A stretch of 64,000 bases of DNA from NCBI GenBank assembly GCA_018268915.1, contig JAFDVQ010000018.1, forward strand, positions 74,457 to 138,456, given 5' to 3'. The notes beneath the pieces were generated by a model. The model saw only the letters and a program-made list of their open reading frames with translations, ran no database searches and had not been told where the DNA came from. Position 1 is the stretch's first letter, and every line of letters begins with the position of its first letter. The position numbers and the translations under genes are program-made. Positions 60,951 through 64,000 of the stretch are shown here, in pieces. This stretch comes from Acidobacteriota bacterium. GTDB taxonomy: Bacteria; Acidobacteriota; Terriglobia; Terriglobales; Acidobacteriaceae.

Positions 60951-60966
60951 CTTAACAATTCTTAAC
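60951..60966 (-). promoter_or_regulatory. Putative OmpR-family autoregulatory box
   Basis: The minus strand reads GTTAAG-AATT-GTTAAG, with the same geometry as 58796-58811, upstream of the response regulator. Confidence 0.6.
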
Positions 60967-61085
60967 GTAACCCGGGGTGTGGCTCAAAAAGAGGGTCAGG
61001 CTGACTTGAACTCTACCCGGCCCCCTGCCCCTCGTCCCCCTCGTTCCCTGCCTCTTCAACTGTTAGTCTTGGAGGAAAGCTTCCC

Positions 61086-62174
61086 ATGAACCCAGGCATT
61101 GAAGATATTCGGATCCAGTGGACAAAGGTGGTCCTCCCTCCTGTTTTTCTGGAGGAAGAACGCCCCGTTTCCGACAACGCCATCGCGACCATCTTCAACG
61201 CCCGCCTCGCCATCTCGCGCATCCTTGCCCATCGCGATCCGCGCCTTCTCGTCCTCGTCGGCCCCTGCTCCATCCACGACACCAAGGCCGCTGTCGAATA
61301 TGCCGGACTCCTGAAGGAAGCCCTCAAGGAGTTCTCCGCCGACCTCGAAATCGTCATGCGCGTCTACTTTGAGAAGCCGCGCACCACGGTCGGCTGGAAG
61401 GGCCTCATTAACGACCCGCATCTCGACGGCTCCTACAAGATCAACGACGGCTTGCGCCTGGCGCGCAACTTGCTCCTCGACCTCGCCGACATGGGTGTCC
61501 CCTCAGGCACAGAATTCCTCGACATGATCTCTCCGCAGTACATCGCTGGTCTCGTCTCATGGGGAGCCATCGGCGCTCGCACCACCGAGAGTCAGGTTCA
61601 CCGCCAGCTCGTCTCTGGAGTTTCCTGCCCTGTCGGCTTCAAAAACGGAACGTCCGGCGACATCCAGGTCGCCATCGACGCCATCCTCTCCGCCGCCAAC
61701 TCGCACACTTTTCTCGGACACACCAAACACGGCCAGTCCGCCATCTTCGTCACGCGCGGCAACAACGAGACGCACATCATCCTTCGCGGCGGCCGCAAGA
61801 TGGTGAACTACACCGCCGAAGCCGTCGCCCAGACCACTGATGCCATGAAAAAGGCCGGCCTGCAGCCTCGCATCATGATTGACTGCAGTCACGCCAACAG
61901 CAGCAAGGACCACAACCGCCAACCCCTCGTCTGCCGCGACATCGCCGAGCAGGTTGCCGCCGGCAACTCCGACATCATCGGTGTCATGCTGGAGAGCAAT
62001 CTCGTCGCCGGCGCGCAGAAGCTCGTCCCCGGCCGGCCCCTCACCTACGGCCAGAGCATCACCGACGCCTGCATCGATTGGAATCAGACCTACCCGCTGC
62101 TCAAGGAACTGGCCGCCGCCACCCGCACGAGACGCGAATCCCTCGACCGCACCGCCGTCACAACCGCGCGGTAA
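61086..62174 (+). CDS. aroG: 3-deoxy-7-phosphoheptulonate synthase, class I-alpha (AroG/AroF type)
   Basis: VGPCSIHD, MRVYFEKPRTTVGWKGLINDP, WGAIGARTTESQVHR, VGFKNGT, DCSHANS and YGQSITDAC. Confidence 0.95.
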   Translation: MNPGIEDIRIQWTKVVLPPVFLEEERPVSDNAIATIFNARLAISRILAHRDPRLLVLVGPCSIHDTKAAVEYAGLLKEALKEFSADLEIVMRVYFEKPRTTVGWKGLINDPHLDGSYKINDGLRLARNLLLDLADMGVPSGTEFLDMISPQYIAGLVSWGAIGARTTESQVHRQLVSGVSCPVGFKNGTSGDIQVAIDAILSAANSHTFLGHTKHGQSAIFVTRGNNETHIILRGGRKMVNYTAEAVAQTTDAMKKAGLQPRIMIDCSHANSSKDHNRQPLVCRDIAEQVAAGNSDIIGVMLESNLVAGAQKLVPGRPLTYGQSITDACIDWNQTYPLLKELAAATRTRRESLDRTAVTTAR

Positions 62175-62192
62175 CTCAGCCCATGGCTCGCA

Positions 62193-64000
62193 TCACGGCT
62201 GTTCTGTATATCCCGGCAGGATTCGGTACGTGCTTCCAAAAATGCGGTATTTTTCAAATCGCATTTCACTCATAAGAGTCTGGTAGGGCCCATACACCTT
62301 GTAGTGCTCGCCCCATCTCTCAAGATTGATCGTTCGCCTCTGCCGCGAAACAGAGACGCCTCTGAGGGGACAGACAAAGGTTCTCGAATCTCTTTGAATT
62401 GATTTGTACTCAACCATCACATCTGACCGGTCGAGTGGTTGCCTCCACCCAAGGTCGGCCTGCGTCGTCAACCGCATGATGGCGCCTGTAGACGGATTGA
62501 CCGCAATCTCCCCATGAAACTGCGCCGGCTCCTGGAATGCGACATCTTCGAAGTCGATTGCCAGGCAGCAGTACTCTGCCATAAACAATGACGTACTCTC
62601 CGGCACTCGATACCGGAACACCGCGAGTCGACCATCGTCGCCCTTTTCCCATCGCGCCCACTCCAGTGTGCTGCCGTGCAGTGAGGCACCCGTCATCACC
62701 GTCACCAGGATCGGCCCAAAAGCGCCGATTGTCTGGAGCCGGTCGCGGTTAAAGTTACGATGCCGCCTCCTCTCTAGCTCATCCAGCTCGATGTTCCTTC
62801 CAGAGCCGAAAGAGAACAGCGAATCATATTTGACGACATCTTCGTTCTTGACCAGTTCCCTGCCGCCATGGAAACGGATTTGGGCTGCGATGGTCTCTGC
62901 CTGGTACAGAGACTCGTTGCCCGATGCAGTCTTCCAGGTTTGATTGGGCTTAGGCGACATCTGATGAAACTGCGTAGTGGTGCGGTTCGCGGAGACATCG
63001 GGCAGTTTGGCGACCGTGGTGTTGACGTACGAGACGACGTTCGCGATGATCTGGCGTTGCGCAGCCCTGTCCGGCGGCTGGTCCGTGAGAACCTGCTCTG
63101 CCGGCGGCTCAAGAAACACCGACTCGTTTGCAACGACTACCAACGCCTCCCGCGCCTCGCTCGAATGCAGCTTCCCCTGCAGCTTGCTCAGCTCCGCGCT
63201 GTCCAGCCGTTCTGTCAGTTGCAGGCCTTCAATCCGGCGAACGAGCTCAGAACCGGAAAGATGTCGCGCGTTGCTGACGAGCGACTCCAATTCTTTGACC
63301 GTAGTGGGCTGCCGGACGGGAGGCTGATCATAGAAGACCGGCTCATCGTAATAATCTGCTCGGATGTGTGGCGTCAGTTCTTTGTTACCGACCTCCACCA
63401 CCAGATGGTGATACTCGTCGATCTCATTGGTCGGGGGCGGATCGAAAGTAATCGAATAATACCGGCTGCTTCGATCGATCTGCTCCTGAATCTTTGCAGC
63501 GAGGTTGGTATGCGCATTCAACTCTCCGCCACCGCTGCGTTTCGCGAGTACCGGCAGGGAGAGATACTCGAGGTCTGCAGAATCGCTCCTCGGTCCGCTC
63601 AGGTACTTCTTATAGACGAAGGTGCTGACGGGCGATGCGCCTCCGGTCGCCTCATCATATCCGCCTGCTTTGTAAGCCTCTCCGTCTCTGTCATACAAAG
63701 ACCACTCCGATGCACTCCAGAGACTGATCCGTGCCTCGCGCATCCGCGTGAGCAACTCAACCGAAAAATCGGCAATCGCTGCCGCCTTACGGCTCTCGAT
63801 GCGCCATCCATTGCCAATCCAGAACACCAGTTTCCGCCCAGGCCTCCGCCGTTCCTCAATCGCGATCGATCCCAAAGCGACGACTGAATGCGTGATTCTG
63901 GATAGGACCACGTCTGGAGTGCTTGTCTTGCCGATATCATCCGTAACCTGCCCCAACGACCACACCCGCCGTAACCGCTCCGAATCTTCAACCTCATCGG
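62193..64000 (-). CDS. 5'-truncated acidobacterial VWA-like protein with a C-terminal extension domain
   Basis: The frame is open from the window end. Contains GRKLVFWIGNG, LPVLAKRSGG and RYYSITFDP...EYHHLVVEV (VWA-associated), followed by a PDVSANRTT...HGEIAVNPSTGAIMRLT domain. Confidence 0.75.
   Translation of the reverse strand, partial: DEVEDSERLRRVWSLGQVTDDIGKTSTPDVVLSRITHSVVALGSIAIEERRRPGRKLVFWIGNGWRIESRKAAAIADFSVELLTRMREARISLWSASEWSLYDRDGEAYKAGGYDEATGGASPVSTFVYKKYLSGPRSDSADLEYLSLPVLAKRSGGGELNAHTNLAAKIQEQIDRSSRYYSITFDPPPTNEIDEYHHLVVEVGNKELTPHIRADYYDEPVFYDQPPVRQPTTVKELESLVSNARHLSGSELVRRIEGLQLTERLDSAELSKLQGKLHSSEAREALVVVANESVFLEPPAEQVLTDQPPDRAAQRQIIANVVSYVNTTVAKLPDVSANRTTTQFHQMSPKPNQTWKTASGNESLYQAETIAAQIRFHGGRELVKNEDVVKYDSLFSFGSGRNIELDELERRRHRNFNRDRLQTIGAFGPILVTVMTGASLHGSTLEWARWEKGDDGRLAVFRYRVPESTSLFMAEYCCLAIDFEDVAFQEPAQFHGEIAVNPSTGAIMRLTTQADLGWRQPLDRSDVMVEYKSIQRDSRTFVCPLRGVSVSRQRRTINLERWGEHYKVYGPYQTLMSEMRFEKYRIFGSTYRILPGYTEQP

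Overview
GC-rich bacterial chromosomal window. Several acidobacterial-type VWA proteins and secreted hypothetical proteins suggest Acidobacteriota (Acidobacteriaceae-like), which is an inference. From left to right: (1) 1-4356, the 3' end of a phage-like virion structural module (head-closure-like, tail-terminator-like, tail-tube-like, large tail tip/hub, holin-like) with no tape-measure gene in the expected slot, ending 63 bp before purE-purK. (2) typA, a secreted MBL hydrolase, DUF4142 and a GT1 glycosyltransferase. (3) A radical SAM-HhH gene coupled to a DUF4130-UdgX fusion. (4) A complete isc operon (Rrf2 regulator, iscS, iscU, iscA, hscB, hscA, fdx, iscX). (5) Mixed genes: class III aminotransferase, KimA/YdaO-like APC transporter, GH2 beta-galactosidase, cysS, a methyltransferase, a GNAT, SDRs, EamA, VWA proteins, an EXORDIUM/Phi-1-like secreted protein, PhzF, PIN-TRAM and MoeB-rhodanese. 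(6) A stress/repair neighbourhood (osmC, RidA, msrB, SRPBCC), rpmB, an OmpR-family two-component system with a matching direct-repeat box in front of itself and in front of a small secreted protein gene, aroG, and a truncated VWA-like gene. A family of GGGTGCCCC-led palindromic REP-like repeats with compensatory base changes is scattered through the intergenic spaces. No rRNA, tRNA, CRISPR array, integrase or transposase was recognised. All family assignments come from motif recognition by eye, with no database search.
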